Positions 10,201 through 21,238 are shown, counted from the stretch's first letter. The stretch: DNA of 64,000 bases from an uncultured Puniceicoccaceae bacterium (GCA_964654795.1 CAZZKC010000001.1:10028-74027); one strand, 5' to 3'. The notes: a model not told the origin generated them from the letters alone. Made by a program: numbers and translations.

Positions 10201-12552
10201 CTAGTCTTCTGAATTAGGCACCACTTGAAGTCCAAGTTTATCACGAAAAAGCGGTTCAAAATTCTCCGCATAAATCGTTGGAAAGAGTGGAGTCGATTCG
10301 CCTTCTACAAAACCAACTTTGAACATGGTAAATTTCAAAATTCCATCTTCATCAATATTAACAGTGTGCCCTTCCACAATTTTATCTGGACCTACAAACA
10401 AACGCCGTTCATCAGCATCAAATATCACAAACTGATCAGAAGCAAAATTTTGTATTCTTACTCTTAAAACAGCAGAATCTACATTTCCAATCTGATAAAT
10501 CGACTGAATTGCCCCAATTGAATCGTCCAGAATTAGTTTTCGGCTTCGAACAAATGCTCGAGGCTCTTCATTAGAAGCCACTTTTCGAATAATCTCAAAA
10601 TCATCACGATTCAATGGCTCACCCAACATGTTAAATGTTAAACCACGATAGGCTCCTATAACATCTTTCCAATACCCTGATCGCGTAACGATTGCATCAA
10701 AATCTGTCTTAATAAAAAAATCTGCAAGCGAACCATATTCCGATAAATCTTCCGATGAAATCAGTGTCGTATTGATTGATTTTTCACTACGGAAAAAGGA
10801 AGATAACCTAGCATAATAGGGTAATGATACTGCTAACTTAGCTTCTGAAGGAACAAAACTCTCTAGAGCTGCACGTTGTGCTCTGATAACTTTAGGAGTA
10901 TTTAAATCCTCACCTATAGTAAACATTCCGGCACCAGAAGTCACTCCGGTAACAAAGAAATGAAACCCTTGTAAAATAGATAAAATACATAATACAAAAA
11001 TACACTTACCAGAAAATCGTGTCCTAATATTATGAAATATAGATCCAGCCAGAATTGCCACAAAAGGGGCGATAATTAGATAATACCTAAACTTATATGG
11101 AGACCACTTAAAGAGACCTGCCATAAATATATGATAGACGGCCGCACCTGCGAACAGCGATAAAAGTATAACTGCAGTCTTATCACGATACCGAATCGAA
11201 CGATATATCGCAATAAGAACACCAATACAGGCTAACACAAAAGTCAGTGCACCGGTTGAACCATTCAATGATGCTTCATGTGTAAGATGCTCGGCTTGAA
11301 AGGATTTAAACCATGAAGATCGAGATAAAGAAACTGTATGTTCATCGATAGCATCCGGCAATAAAGTGCCTAAAGCATCACTAATATAGTGAGTGACAGT
11401 ATACGATCCAAAAGGATTAGAGCTTGGTCCGAAGACTTGGATCGCGTAACAGATACTGTTTAAACGCAGTTTTTCTAATGAAAAACCTCCTACACTATCA
11501 CTAGCCTGTTGAAGACGCTCTAAGTCAGACTCAGGGGCAAACGGATTCCCATAATTAAAAGTATTTTCGATGTAGCGAGGTGATGCTAACACCAACAAAC
11601 AAACGACGCAGTAAGCCACAAACTGAACAACTTTCGAACAATCTACACGCTCAAAGGCTATCGCAACAAGGCCCATGAATAATAATCCTGGTGCAAAATA
11701 GAACATCGACCCTTTAGTTCCAAATGCTATGGCCAATGCAAGTGCACCAAAAAGAGGATGAATACCGAGCTTAAGGCCTCCATAAAAAAGGCACACGGCT
11801 CCGACTGCATACGCCGCCACAAGTAAATCAACTTGCTCGGTAGTCATATGCCCAACGAACGCATTCATACTAAACAAGAGAACCACCGATAAGCCCGATG
11901 TTCGGATAGACATACCAAGCATCCGAGCAAGCGCCCAAGTGGCAACCATCACAAAGAGGCCTGCGACCCCCTGCACTGCGGTAACAAGCGGATAACCTGA
12001 TTTAAAAGGCGCAGTCAACCATAGCATTAATAGGTCTCCATGGAACGCAGAATAATTCATCCTTTCATCAGTTGTAGGAGACTGATGAATACTTCCCTCT
12101 TGCAACCACATTCCGATCCTACTCAAACGATAACCGTGCGAATCAAAATCCCATGGGACTCCAAATAATGAAGCGCCAACAATGCATAAAACAACAGTAA
12201 GAAACGCAAAAAAGATAGATTTATCGTATCGATTAAACTGCTCCCAACAAGCCAACCCAGACTGCTTCACACGTCGAAATGAATTCAAAGAAATCGCCAA
12301 AGAACCCGGCGAAGAACAGTAAATCAAAACACTGAGTAACCCATATACACTACAAATAGTAGGCACTGATAAAATGCTTAGATAACCGAGCACTTGTACG
12401 ATCATTACTGCGAGGGCTGATACAGTGGCGCCAATAGCAAGTAACCAAATTGCAAATCCATGTCGATCAACATGGAGCCGCGCACACAAATATGTGCTAA
12501 TGTAAGTCGTAGAAACACCTACGATCAAAAAATATAAAATAACAATCAACAT
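10201..12552 (-). CDS. polytopic GT-C-type membrane glycosyltransferase (GtrC/ArnT-like) with about 250-aa C-terminal soluble domain
   Basis: 783 aa with many hydrophobic helices across about 530 aa. Acidic first-loop motif GVPWDFDSHGY. Lies downstream of GtrB-like and GtrA-like genes. Family assignment is by architecture only. Confidence 0.65.
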   Translation of the reverse strand: MLIVILYFLIVGVSTTYISTYLCARLHVDRHGFAIWLLAIGATVSALAVMIVQVLGYLSILSVPTICSVYGLLSVLIYCSSPGSLAISLNSFRRVKQSGLACWEQFNRYDKSIFFAFLTVVLCIVGASLFGVPWDFDSHGYRLSRIGMWLQEGSIHQSPTTDERMNYSAFHGDLLMLWLTAPFKSGYPLVTAVQGVAGLFVMVATWALARMLGMSIRTSGLSVVLLFSMNAFVGHMTTEQVDLLVAAYAVGAVCLFYGGLKLGIHPLFGALALAIAFGTKGSMFYFAPGLLFMGLVAIAFERVDCSKVVQFVAYCVVCLLVLASPRYIENTFNYGNPFAPESDLERLQQASDSVGGFSLEKLRLNSICYAIQVFGPSSNPFGSYTVTHYISDALGTLLPDAIDEHTVSLSRSSWFKSFQAEHLTHEASLNGSTGALTFVLACIGVLIAIYRSIRYRDKTAVILLSLFAGAAVYHIFMAGLFKWSPYKFRYYLIIAPFVAILAGSIFHNIRTRFSGKCIFVLCILSILQGFHFFVTGVTSGAGMFTIGEDLNTPKVIRAQRAALESFVPSEAKLAVSLPYYARLSSFFRSEKSINTTLISSEDLSEYGSLADFFIKTDFDAIVTRSGYWKDVIGAYRGLTFNMLGEPLNRDDFEIIRKVASNEEPRAFVRSRKLILDDSIGAIQSIYQIGNVDSAVLRVRIQNFASDQFVIFDADERRLFVGPDKIVEGHTVNIDEDGILKFTMFKVGFVEGESTPLFPTIYAENFEPLFRDKLGLQVVPNSED

Positions 12553-12563
12553 ATTTTCAGTTC

Positions 12564-12986
12564 CTAACCATTGACCGTATTATGCTTTTTCTTATATGCG
12601 AAACTCTGTAAAGACAGATACTTTAATCCGGCAAAAAGTGGAGCAACAAAAAGAATCGAAATTCTGTATTCGAAACCCAAGTACACGACTAGAAATGCAT
12701 ATACGCACCATTCAAGTGGACGAAACAGAAATGAAACCAATAAAAAAGTTAAGAAAAAATGACCACGTGGCCCTGTCTGATTTGGAAAAACAACAGTCAC
12801 CAACATGACAAAATTAAATAAAAAAACTAATACTAGCGTAATTATATGAGCATACAGCGCATCTAAACCAAAAACCTCAACGCCAAGGCTCGTTAAACCT
12901 ATCGTAACAGCAAAACTCAATACAGACAGTAAACCAAAACGTAATCCTCCAAGAATAGAGGCCTGCAGAGAGCACTCTGAACTCAT
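12564..12986 (-). CDS. GtrA-family small membrane protein
   Basis: 140 aa with 4 predicted transmembrane helices. ATGA overlap with the upstream GT2. Position matches gtrA-type modules. Confidence 0.7.
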   Translation of the reverse strand: MSSECSLQASILGGLRFGLLSVLSFAVTIGLTSLGVEVFGLDALYAHIITLVLVFLFNFVMLVTVVFPNQTGPRGHFFLTFLLVSFLFRPLEWCVYAFLVVYLGFEYRISILFVAPLFAGLKYLSLQSFAYKKKHNTVNG

Positions 12987-13891
12987 TTTTTATTTATAAT
13001 CTCCGCGATAAGCCCAAAAAAGAAGACCTGAAAAGCCATAAAGAAGAAAATTAAAGTTAAACCACCCAAAGACTGGTTGATCGAATAATCACGAAGCCCT
13101 CGTGCAACTGCCATAAAACTCAATAATGCGCTCAATGGTAAAAATATCCTCAAGGGACGAAAATACAATGAAAGTCGTAATAGCTGATATAAAAACCTCA
13201 CCGTATCACGAACCGGGCTAATAAAAGACTTACCTATTCGGCGCGAATAAGTAATTGAAACAAACTTAACGTCTTTCAAGTGTGTTAGTGCTGCCATTGT
13301 CAAAGTCGAGCTAAACGAAAAACGCTCTGGATAAATACGCCAGTTTTCATCATAAATACGACGATGGAATACCCTCATACCAGAGTTGAGATCGGGTATC
13401 CTATGATTTGCCAAATAGCTAGCAAAGAGAGTAAGCGCCATTTTGGCTGGTCTTCTCACAAAACTGATTTCACTCCAACTCCGAGCGCCGATCACCATTT
13501 CGTAACTACCAGCCTCTTTCACCATTTCAACAAAGGCTTCGCAAGGATAGGTTCCATCGGAATCGATAATGCCAATCCACGGATAATTTGCCTCAGATAG
13601 ACCTGTAGCTAAACTGGCCCCATAACCACGGTTGACCTTATGGTTTACACAAATCAAACCTATCGAATCTTCAAGTTTTTCGTAATCAATAGCCTCCTCA
13701 GTGCCGTCATTCACAAGAATAATCTCATAATTCAATCCGACAACCTCATCAAGTGCTCCTCGTATTCGATTAGCCGTCATTTCAACGACCTTAAAAGCTT
13801 CACGGTAGCATGGTATGATAATGGAAATGCCCTCACTTATACACTGTCCAGCAGATGCGCGAGAAAACCGTTTTTTTTCTTCCAACTTCAT
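12983..13891 (-). CDS. GT2 polyprenyl-phosphate glycosyltransferase (GtrB-like)
   Basis: ISIIIPCYRE, VNDGTEE and IDSDGTYP motifs, with C-terminal transmembrane helices. 4-nt overlaps with both neighbours. Confidence 0.85.
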   Translation of the reverse strand: MKLEEKKRFSRASAGQCISEGISIIIPCYREAFKVVEMTANRIRGALDEVVGLNYEIILVNDGTEEAIDYEKLEDSIGLICVNHKVNRGYGASLATGLSEANYPWIGIIDSDGTYPCEAFVEMVKEAGSYEMVIGARSWSEISFVRRPAKMALTLFASYLANHRIPDLNSGMRVFHRRIYDENWRIYPERFSFSSTLTMAALTHLKDVKFVSITYSRRIGKSFISPVRDTVRFLYQLLRLSLYFRPLRIFLPLSALLSFMAVARGLRDYSINQSLGGLTLIFFFMAFQVFFFGLIAEIINKK

Positions 13892-14706
13892 TTAGTTTCC
13901 TCACTAACTGGTTTGCGACCTGAAGCCACCAAGTTCCAACTTATCGCACGCAATGCATTCGAAAAAATGCGCTTTTCAAAAAACCGATCCACAGCACAAG
14001 CTACTTTTGAAAAGGAAACAAACAAACCAGAAGAGCCAATTGGAACTTCGGCAAAAGGCGTCGACAAAAGGCCCTGCCCTCGCACTTTCAAGTCGACGAA
14101 ACCCGCCTCAACAAACTGTTGGTGCAGTACGTCCGAGCGATACGTAAACTGCTCATCTGAATACGTTTTATCCAAAGACTTACGAAGCCGCCTCAACAAT
14201 TGAATCAATGGATTCGCCCCATTTGGTTCGTTGACTGCAATCCAGCCACCTGGCTTCAATAATCGAAAAAATGTCTCCAAGGATTCCTTGGGCTTTTCCA
14301 TGTGATGGAGAACACCGATAATAACAATTCCATCATAAACCTCAACTTCATCCAAATCACAGGCGTCTCCACATAAGAATCGAGTTTCTTTCGATGTATC
14401 TTCAAATTGCGCCTTAGCCAATTGAATCAGAGCTTTGGAATGATCGATTCCTAGATAGCTTTTATACGTATTTTCCAAATATAAAGGCGCAAAGCCAGCC
14501 CCACAACCAATCTCAAGCAGCAGCGTATCAGACGTCAAAGGAACAGATCGAATCGTCTCCTTAAGCCTTTGAATACGAGCAACCCTTGAAGAACGAACGG
14601 TATCCTTTCGTAAATATGTTTTTGCAATCTCATCAAATAAATGACGATCCCTTTCGGCTACTGAAGAAAAGTCTGAATTCGCAGATGAAAGGTTTTTTAG
14701 AGACAT
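13888..14706 (-). CDS. class I SAM-dependent methyltransferase
   Basis: Motif I LLEIGCGAGF and post-I/motif II pattern; 272 aa. First gene of the minus-strand operon. Confidence 0.8.
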   Translation of the reverse strand: MSLKNLSSANSDFSSVAERDRHLFDEIAKTYLRKDTVRSSRVARIQRLKETIRSVPLTSDTLLLEIGCGAGFAPLYLENTYKSYLGIDHSKALIQLAKAQFEDTSKETRFLCGDACDLDEVEVYDGIVIIGVLHHMEKPKESLETFFRLLKPGGWIAVNEPNGANPLIQLLRRLRKSLDKTYSDEQFTYRSDVLHQQFVEAGFVDLKVRGQGLLSTPFAEVPIGSSGLFVSFSKVACAVDRFFEKRIFSNALRAISWNLVASGRKPVSEETK

Positions 14707-14981
14707 ATGAAAAACTAAGTGGAGCCAATAGATATTCGCGAGTCAAAATTATTACCAAAGCCTTATATTACGTGCCAATAGCACTATCCGTATTCAAAGT
14801 AATACTGAACCCATGCAGAAAGCCAACTCTTTCAATTAGAGTGAATTATTACGATAAATTAACATAGGTAAAATGCTATTTGAAAGTTCTCGCATTGTGC
14901 CCCTTTTATGAGCTTATAATTCAGTGCTCACAGTAAGAGTTTCATCCAGTAAAAACTGATCGCCCTTAATTCACTTTAATT

Positions 14982-16271
14982 ATGCCTCAAATCGCTATTA
15001 TCGGCCAAGGATACGTAGGTCTTCCTCTCTCTCTATTATTCGCAGAATCAGGCTGTAAAGTATATGCATTGGATAACGATGCATCGAAAATAAACAACCT
15101 CCAGAAAGGCCTGACCTACATACGACATATTGAAAAAGAACGCATTGAGCGTGTATTAGAAAAAGGGTGCTTCTTTCCTTCGAGCGATTCAGCTCTAATG
15201 AAGCACGCAGATGCGATCATTATCTGCGTCCCAACGCCATTAGACGAATATCACCAGCCTGACATGTCTTTTGTCACTCGCACTGCCGAATCAATAGCAC
15301 CTCATCTAAAAAAAGGCGCCACCGTAATCCTTGAATCCACAGCCTACCCGGGAGCCACTGAAGGGATACTCAGGGAGACACTAGAAAAGTTTTCCAATCA
15401 AAAGGCAGGCATCGATTTTCACTTAGCATTCTCACCTGAACGAGAAGACCCAGGAAATCCAAATAGCCAAGTAAAGAAGATTCCTAAACTAGTTGGTGGA
15501 TTTACCGAAGAATGTAAGAATAAAGCAATCGAGATCTATAGTTTGGTCATTGATAACCTTGTTCTAGTCAGTTCGTGTAAAGTCGCCGAGGCCTCAAAAC
15601 TAACAGAGAATATCTTTAGAAGTATCAATATCGCCCTGGTCAATGAGTTGAAATTGATTTATGCAAAAATGGATATCGACGTTTGGGAGGTCATAGAAGC
15701 GGCCAAAACAAAGCCATTTGGATTTATGCCCTTCTACCCTGGCCCCGGCCTCGGTGGTCATTGCATTCCAATCGACCCTTTTTACCTAAGTTGGAGTGCT
15801 AAGGGAGCTGGCTTACCAACACGCTTCATAGAACTCGCTGGTGAAATTAACCAACAAATGCCAGACTTCGTATTCAATCGACTCGCAGAAGCACTCAATG
15901 ATAAAGGCAAACCCGTGAAAGGCTCCAACATTCTTGTAATTGGCATGGCTTATAAGAAAAATGTCGATGACATGAGAGAGTCGCCAGCGCTTGTTATTTT
16001 TGAGAAAATACATTTAGCAGGAGGAAATACTCAATACTACGACCCTTATATTCCCAGTATTCCACGCACTCGGGAGTTCGCTCATCTAGCAGGTGTGCCT
16101 TCAATTAATTGGGACAAAGATGCACTCAAACATTTTGATGCTGCTGTCATCGTAACTGCTCATGATGCTGTCGATTATTCAGCACTGCTGGAAGTCGTTC
16201 CAACCATCGTAGATTCCCGCAATGCCCTAGTACAGTTAAAAGGCAAAGAAAAACAAATTTGGAAAGCCTAA
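14982..16271 (+). CDS. wbpA: UDP-N-acetyl-hexosamine 6-dehydrogenase (WbpA/WecC family nucleotide-sugar dehydrogenase)
   Basis: IAIIGQGYVGLPL NAD motif and catalytic-Cys context GPGLGGHCIPIDP; 429 aa. Followed by WbpE/B/D homologues. Confidence 0.8.
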   Translation: MPQIAIIGQGYVGLPLSLLFAESGCKVYALDNDASKINNLQKGLTYIRHIEKERIERVLEKGCFFPSSDSALMKHADAIIICVPTPLDEYHQPDMSFVTRTAESIAPHLKKGATVILESTAYPGATEGILRETLEKFSNQKAGIDFHLAFSPEREDPGNPNSQVKKIPKLVGGFTEECKNKAIEIYSLVIDNLVLVSSCKVAEASKLTENIFRSINIALVNELKLIYAKMDIDVWEVIEAAKTKPFGFMPFYPGPGLGGHCIPIDPFYLSWSAKGAGLPTRFIELAGEINQQMPDFVFNRLAEALNDKGKPVKGSNILVIGMAYKKNVDDMRESPALVIFEKIHLAGGNTQYYDPYIPSIPRTREFAHLAGVPSINWDKDALKHFDAAVIVTAHDAVDYSALLEVVPTIVDSRNALVQLKGKEKQIWKA

Positions 16272-17368
16272 TGCAGTTCATCGATATTAAAGCAATTCAC
16301 GAGCGTAGCGCTCAGAAAATTGATGATGCCATCGCGCAAGTTCTGGAACATGGCAAATTCATCAATGGCCCCGAGGTTCATCAACTAGAGGCCTCACTAG
16401 GTGAGTTCTTGGGTGGCTCTCATTGCATTGCAGTAGCAAGCGGGACGATGGCTCTCGAGGTCGCTTTGCGTGCGCTAAAAATTGGTCCAGGCGATGAAGT
16501 CATCACCACACCATTTACTTGGATCAGCACTGCTGAAACGATTGCCTTAGTGGGCGCAACGCCCGTCTTTGCAGATATCGATCCTGATACATACAATCTA
16601 GATCCACACGAAGTCGAAAAAGCAGTCACACCCCGAACAAAGGCAATCATTGCAGTTAACCTATTCGGTCAAATGGCTGACTACACTACCTTAGAGAAAA
16701 TCGCAAAAGAACATGAGCTCGAAATCATCGAAGACGCAGCTCAAAGCTTCGGAGCTGAACAAAATGGACGTAAAAGTGGCACTATTGGAGCCGTATCTTC
16801 CACTAGTTTCTTTCCTGCAAAACCTCTAGGTGGTTATGGTGATGGAGGAGCAGTATTTACTACCAATGATGCATTAGTTAAAGACCTTCGTGCGATCACT
16901 AACCATGGAGGTGCAGCAAGAGAAGCCCATCACTTGGTAGGCACCAATGGTCGTTGCGACACGCTTCAAGCTGCAATCATTCATGCAAAGTTCAATGCTT
17001 TCCGCGAAAAAGAGATCACGTTGAGGCAAGAAATAGGTCAACGCTACTCTACGGCACTGGCCCCCTACTGCTCAGTGCCAAAAATCCATCCGGGTAACAC
17101 GCATATTTACGCACAGTATACCATACGCCCACGAAATCGAGATAGCTTAAGTGAAGCGCTCAAACTCAAAGGTATCCCAAGTGCAGTCTACTATCGAAAA
17201 TGCCTGCATCAACAACCCGTATTCTCTCAACTCAACTGCGCATCGAAAACCTTCCCAAACGCAGAAAAAGCCACTCAAGAAGTAATAAGCCTCCCATTTC
17301 ATCCTTATCTCAAAAAAGACGAACAAGATCGTGTAATCGAAGCAGTGATACAACATGAAAGTAAATAA
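16271..17368 (+). CDS. wbpE: DegT/DnrJ/EryC1 PLP aminotransferase (WbpE-like, UDP-3-oxo-GlcNAcA aminotransferase)
   Basis: DegT-family sequence (FINGPEV..LE, AVASGTMALE, SFFPAKPLGGYGDGG). The ATG at 16271 overlaps the upstream TAA by 1 nt. Confidence 0.8.
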   Translation: MQFIDIKAIHERSAQKIDDAIAQVLEHGKFINGPEVHQLEASLGEFLGGSHCIAVASGTMALEVALRALKIGPGDEVITTPFTWISTAETIALVGATPVFADIDPDTYNLDPHEVEKAVTPRTKAIIAVNLFGQMADYTTLEKIAKEHELEIIEDAAQSFGAEQNGRKSGTIGAVSSTSFFPAKPLGGYGDGGAVFTTNDALVKDLRAITNHGGAAREAHHLVGTNGRCDTLQAAIIHAKFNAFREKEITLRQEIGQRYSTALAPYCSVPKIHPGNTHIYAQYTIRPRNRDSLSEALKLKGIPSAVYYRKCLHQQPVFSQLNCASKTFPNAEKATQEVISLPFHPYLKKDEQDRVIEAVIQHESK

Positions 17369-18374
17369 CGATCAGATCGGATTACCTCGTCTCGCACTTA
17401 TTGGCTGTGGCTATTGGGGGAAAAATCATGCCCGGAACTTATCTGCTCTTGGCGTTTTGGACTTAGTCTGCGACCCATCTGAAGCGGGGCGTGATCTCGC
17501 ACAGACACTTGCTCCAAATGCCAAGATTTGTTCTACTCCAGAAGAAGTTTTTCAATGCAAAGATATCGATGCAGTAGTTATCGCAACTCCAGCAGAAACA
17601 CATTGTGATCTCGCACTCAAAGCATTCAGCAACGGAATGCATGTTGCTGTCGAAAAACCAATGGCACTTACATACGCGGACGCGCTAAAGATGCAGACAG
17701 CGGCACAAGCACACGACCTAACTTTACTAGTCGGACATTTGCTTGAATACCACCCGGCAATCATCGCAATTAAGACGTTAATTACAGATGGAAGTTTAGG
17801 TAAACTACAATATGTCTACTCTAATCGATTGAACTTCGGTAAAATACGAGTCGAAGAAAATGCACTCTGGAGCTTTGCACCACACGATATCGCGCTCATT
17901 CTTCGTATAATTGGAGCAGCACCCATTGAAGTAACTTGCTCCGGAGGCGATTATGTCACTCCAGGATTAGCTGATATAAACATGTCCAATTTTCGTTTTG
18001 AAAACGGCGTTCGAGCACACATTTTTACAAGTTGGCTCAACCCCTTCAAAGAACAAAAACTAGTCATCATAGGTGACAAAAAAATGGCTGTTTTTGATGA
18101 CACCGAACCGGTAAATAAACTCGCCGTATACGACCAATATGTAAGCTTCAATGGCTCCATACCCACGCTTAACAAAAAAGAACGTGAAATTATCAAATTA
18201 CCGACGGCTGAGCCATTACGCACGCAAAGCCAAGCATTCCTAAATGCAATTCAAACCGGCCAGAGTCCACTAACGGATGGATTCAGCGGATCAAATGTCA
18301 TACGCGTCCTCGAGGCCTGCCAAAAATCGCTTAACCATCATGGTCAGCCGGTCCAGCTGAGTGATATTAACTAA
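17355..18374 (+). CDS. wbpB: Gfo/Idh/MocA oxidoreductase (WbpB-like, UDP-GlcNAcA 3-dehydrogenase)
   Basis: N-terminal [13 protein letters not shown] Rossmann motif and EKP motif (VAVEKPMA). Lies between the WbpE- and WbpD-like genes. Confidence 0.75.
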   Translation: MKVNNDQIGLPRLALIGCGYWGKNHARNLSALGVLDLVCDPSEAGRDLAQTLAPNAKICSTPEEVFQCKDIDAVVIATPAETHCDLALKAFSNGMHVAVEKPMALTYADALKMQTAAQAHDLTLLVGHLLEYHPAIIAIKTLITDGSLGKLQYVYSNRLNFGKIRVEENALWSFAPHDIALILRIIGAAPIEVTCSGGDYVTPGLADINMSNFRFENGVRAHIFTSWLNPFKEQKLVIIGDKKMAVFDDTEPVNKLAVYDQYVSFNGSIPTLNKKEREIIKLPTAEPLRTQSQAFLNAIQTGQSPLTDGFSGSNVIRVLEACQKSLNHHGQPVQLSDIN

Positions 18375-18384
18375 CCACAGTTTA

Positions 18385-18888
18385 ATGCCCGCATATCAAG
18401 CACATCCTTCAGCAATCATAGACCACGGTGCCCAAATCGGACCTGACACAAGTATTTGGCATTTTTGCCATGTAAGCCAAGACTCAACAATTGGTGCTCG
18501 CTGTAGCTTTGGGCAAAATTGCTATGTTGCGCCCGGCGTTAAGATAGGCGATGGAGTCAAAGTCCAAAACAACGTATCTCTCTATACTGGTGTAGAAGTC
18601 GAAGACGACGTGTTTCTTGGCCCCTCTTGTGTCTTAACAAATGTGATTAATCCACGAGCGGCAGTTGTCAGAAAAAACGAATACAAGAAGACACTTATAA
18701 AAAAAGGTGCCACTATCGGAGCCAACGCCACGATTGTCTGCGGCATTACAATAGGAGAATACGCGTTTATCGCAGCAGGCGCTGTCGTGACGCAGAACGT
18801 TCCTCCATTCGCATTAATGGCTGGAGTGCCAGCGAAACAAAAAGGCGAAATGGATATGAATGGCCATAGAACGGATTCTGTAAAATAA
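18385..18888 (+). CDS. wbpD: left-handed beta-helix N-acetyltransferase (WbpD-like, UDP-GlcNAc3NA N-acetyltransferase)
   Basis: [14 protein letters not shown]...[33 protein letters not shown]...[13 protein letters not shown] closely follows the WbpD/WlbB pattern as I recall it. Start placed at the ATG at 18385. Confidence 0.85.
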   Translation: MPAYQAHPSAIIDHGAQIGPDTSIWHFCHVSQDSTIGARCSFGQNCYVAPGVKIGDGVKVQNNVSLYTGVEVEDDVFLGPSCVLTNVINPRAAVVRKNEYKKTLIKKGATIGANATIVCGITIGEYAFIAAGAVVTQNVPPFALMAGVPAKQKGEMDMNGHRTDSVK

Positions 18889-18900
18889 AGGTAATCAACT

Positions 18901-20376
18901 TTGTCCTCCACAAATCAAAATCTAGCTAATTTTGCTAAAAGCTCAGCTGTCTATGGCTTAGGCAGTATGCTTCAAAGGTTTGTAGGACTTTTACTTCTAC
19001 CCGTTTTCACCCACTACCTGACACCGAAAGAATACGGGACATTTGCCCTTTTAACCATCCTCGGCGCTTTTACGCTTCCTATTTTTAGCTTAGGTATCAA
19101 TGCCGCAATGGGCCCTAGCTACTTTAAAGCAAAGACCGATGAGGAGAAACAGGGCGTCACATGGACTGCATTAATAATTGTTGGAACAAGCGCATCCATT
19201 CTTCTGGCATTAGCTTGGTCACTTCCTGAACTATTTTTAAAATGCGCCTTACTCTCGTCAGAACACTCACTCCTCGCATCTCTCTTCTTAACGGGCACTG
19301 CAGCGAACGTCGTAGTCGCTCCGTTGACTCAGAAGATTCAATTTGATAACCAAGCTAAGCGCTTTGTCTGGATCACGGCAGTCAATACACTGGTGATAGT
19401 GACACTTAACATAGCAACTGTCGTATTTCTAGGTTACGGAATTCTCGGTATGGTCTTTTCTCAGGCTATAGGCAGTATATTTTCTTTAATTACATTCTTC
19501 ATCGGTTCTCAAATCAGACTACCTACCCAATTTTCAAAGACCGCAGCTCGAAACATTCTCAAAGTAGGTATCCCTCTCATGCCTAGTTTTGCTTTTTTGT
19601 TTATAATGGCCAACGCAGGTCGATACGGCTTACAGTACTTTCAAGGCGAATCAGCTGTCGGCACTTACACAGCAGGTTTTCAGATAGGTACAGCTATTAA
19701 CATGTTAGTTGGTGCATTCGCTACTGCATGGTACCCTTTCTTCATGAGCTACATAGAAAAACAAGAAGAAGCTGCACAATTGTTTGGAAAGATAACAACC
19801 TACTACGTATTATTTGCAGGTTTACTGTGCTTACTCTGCTTTTCTTGCGCAGATATAATCATGCATATAATGACCGCTCCTACTTACTACGAAGCACGGA
19901 AAATCATTGGGTTCATCAGTGTAGCTTTTGTATTCACAGGACTGTTTAAATTACTTCTACCACCAGTTTATTACTCAGATCGCATACAGATAGTCTCTAT
20001 CGTCCAAGCATCCGCTGCCCTAGTAGCCGCACTAGTAGCAGTTTTATTATGCTCTACATTCGGTATATACGGAGCGGCTCTCTCAATGGTCGCCGGACAC
20101 GCTATAATGGCTATTGGCATGCACCTCTACAACCGAACCAGTAGACACTTACTATTTCGCATTCAATACGAGTGGAGCCCTATCTTAAAATTTGCCACCC
20201 TTGCAGCAACTATCGTATTACTAAGTTTCTATCCAACAACACCAGACTCCAGGTCATTCATACTTAAACCTTTAATACTTGTGACAGCATCATTTTTTTC
20301 ACTATGGCTATGCTTGGATAAATCTTCTCTATCGACTTACTATACCTCACTGAAAAGTCTTGTACGCGCTAGATAG
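18901..20376 (+). CDS. wzx: Wzx-type polysaccharide flippase (MOP superfamily)
   Basis: 491 aa with about 12-14 transmembrane helices and an N-terminus typical of polysaccharide biosynthesis/PST proteins. TTG start is uncertain. Confidence 0.7.
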   Translation: MSSTNQNLANFAKSSAVYGLGSMLQRFVGLLLLPVFTHYLTPKEYGTFALLTILGAFTLPIFSLGINAAMGPSYFKAKTDEEKQGVTWTALIIVGTSASILLALAWSLPELFLKCALLSSEHSLLASLFLTGTAANVVVAPLTQKIQFDNQAKRFVWITAVNTLVIVTLNIATVVFLGYGILGMVFSQAIGSIFSLITFFIGSQIRLPTQFSKTAARNILKVGIPLMPSFAFLFIMANAGRYGLQYFQGESAVGTYTAGFQIGTAINMLVGAFATAWYPFFMSYIEKQEEAAQLFGKITTYYVLFAGLLCLLCFSCADIIMHIMTAPTYYEARKIIGFISVAFVFTGLFKLLLPPVYYSDRIQIVSIVQASAALVAALVAVLLCSTFGIYGAALSMVAGHAIMAIGMHLYNRTSRHLLFRIQYEWSPILKFATLAATIVLLSFYPTTPDSRSFILKPLILVTASFFSLWLCLDKSSLSTYYTSLKSLVRAR

Positions 20377-20398
20377 CTCAAGCTCTACCCAATAATAA

Positions 20399-21238
20399 AT
20401 GAATCCAATTTATAAATCTGAGCCTATAGACAATCAAGACGGCATACCGATATTCTCTAAAAGTGACTATTACATCGAAAATTACTCCACGATTGCAAAA
20501 GATCACTTAAGCGCTCTACGAGAATCCGGCTGCAACCCTTTTATTAAAGAGCATTTATGGATTGAAATCGAAAATAGCACAGAATGCTTAATCAAAGATC
20601 ATCTATTAGAAGGGAATAAGATCTTGGACGTAGGTGTTGGGACTGGAAGACTATTGGAAAAATTCCCTACAGCAGATCGCTATGGATTAGATATAAGCTT
20701 GGACTATCTAGGAGAAGCACAAGAGAAAGGAATCGAAGTCTGCCTCTCTAAAGTCGAAGATATGCCTTATGCCGATGAAAGTTTTGACATGATTGTCACT
20801 ACAGATGTCCTAGAACATGTTATAGATCTAAACTTTGCACTTCGAAAAATCTTCCAAGCACTCAAAGTCAAAGGAATCTTGATCGTCAGAGTTCCCTTCA
20901 AAGAGGATCTTTCATCTTATCTTGCCGATGATTATCCTTACGACTTAGTCCACCTAAGAACTTTTGATGAATATGGCCTTCGCCTCACCGTGGAGAAAAT
21001 CTTTCGTCATCAAACTCTCAATCATACATTGACCGGATACACCGGTGGCAGACCTAGAATACCATTACCTAAGAAGTTTAAACTAAGATCAGCCTTCGCT
21101 AGATTCTTAAGCTACAGTCGCTTTACAGGTAAAAGCACACATCTTCAAATCTCAAAAGTCACTCGAAAACCTACTGAGATTAACTTCGTATTTAAAAAGC
21201 TAAAACACAACAATACCTTAGACACATGTGCGGAATAG
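20399..21238 (+). CDS. class I SAM-dependent methyltransferase
   Basis: Motif I ILDVGVGTGR and acidic motif II DMIVTTDVLEHV; 279 aa. Confidence 0.8.
   Translation: MNPIYKSEPIDNQDGIPIFSKSDYYIENYSTIAKDHLSALRESGCNPFIKEHLWIEIENSTECLIKDHLLEGNKILDVGVGTGRLLEKFPTADRYGLDISLDYLGEAQEKGIEVCLSKVEDMPYADESFDMIVTTDVLEHVIDLNFALRKIFQALKVKGILIVRVPFKEDLSSYLADDYPYDLVHLRTFDEYGLRLTVEKIFRHQTLNHTLTGYTGGRPRIPLPKKFKLRSAFARFLSYSRFTGKSTHLQISKVTRKPTEINFVFKKLKHNNTLDTCAE

Noticed and set aside
13871-13878. Homopolymer tracts (T8 at 13871-13878 near the 5' end of a GT2; A8 at 34604-34611 and 35202-35209 in a GT-C gene) as phase-variation switches
   Set aside because: Runs of 8 are common in this AT-rich sequence, including in non-glycan regions. 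They are at or below the length usually needed for efficient slipped-strand switching, and no population data are available.
13640-14203. 187-aa plus-strand ORF spanning the GT2/methyltransferase junction
   Set aside because: It is antisense to two well-supported, translationally coupled genes, and its sequence is low-complexity.
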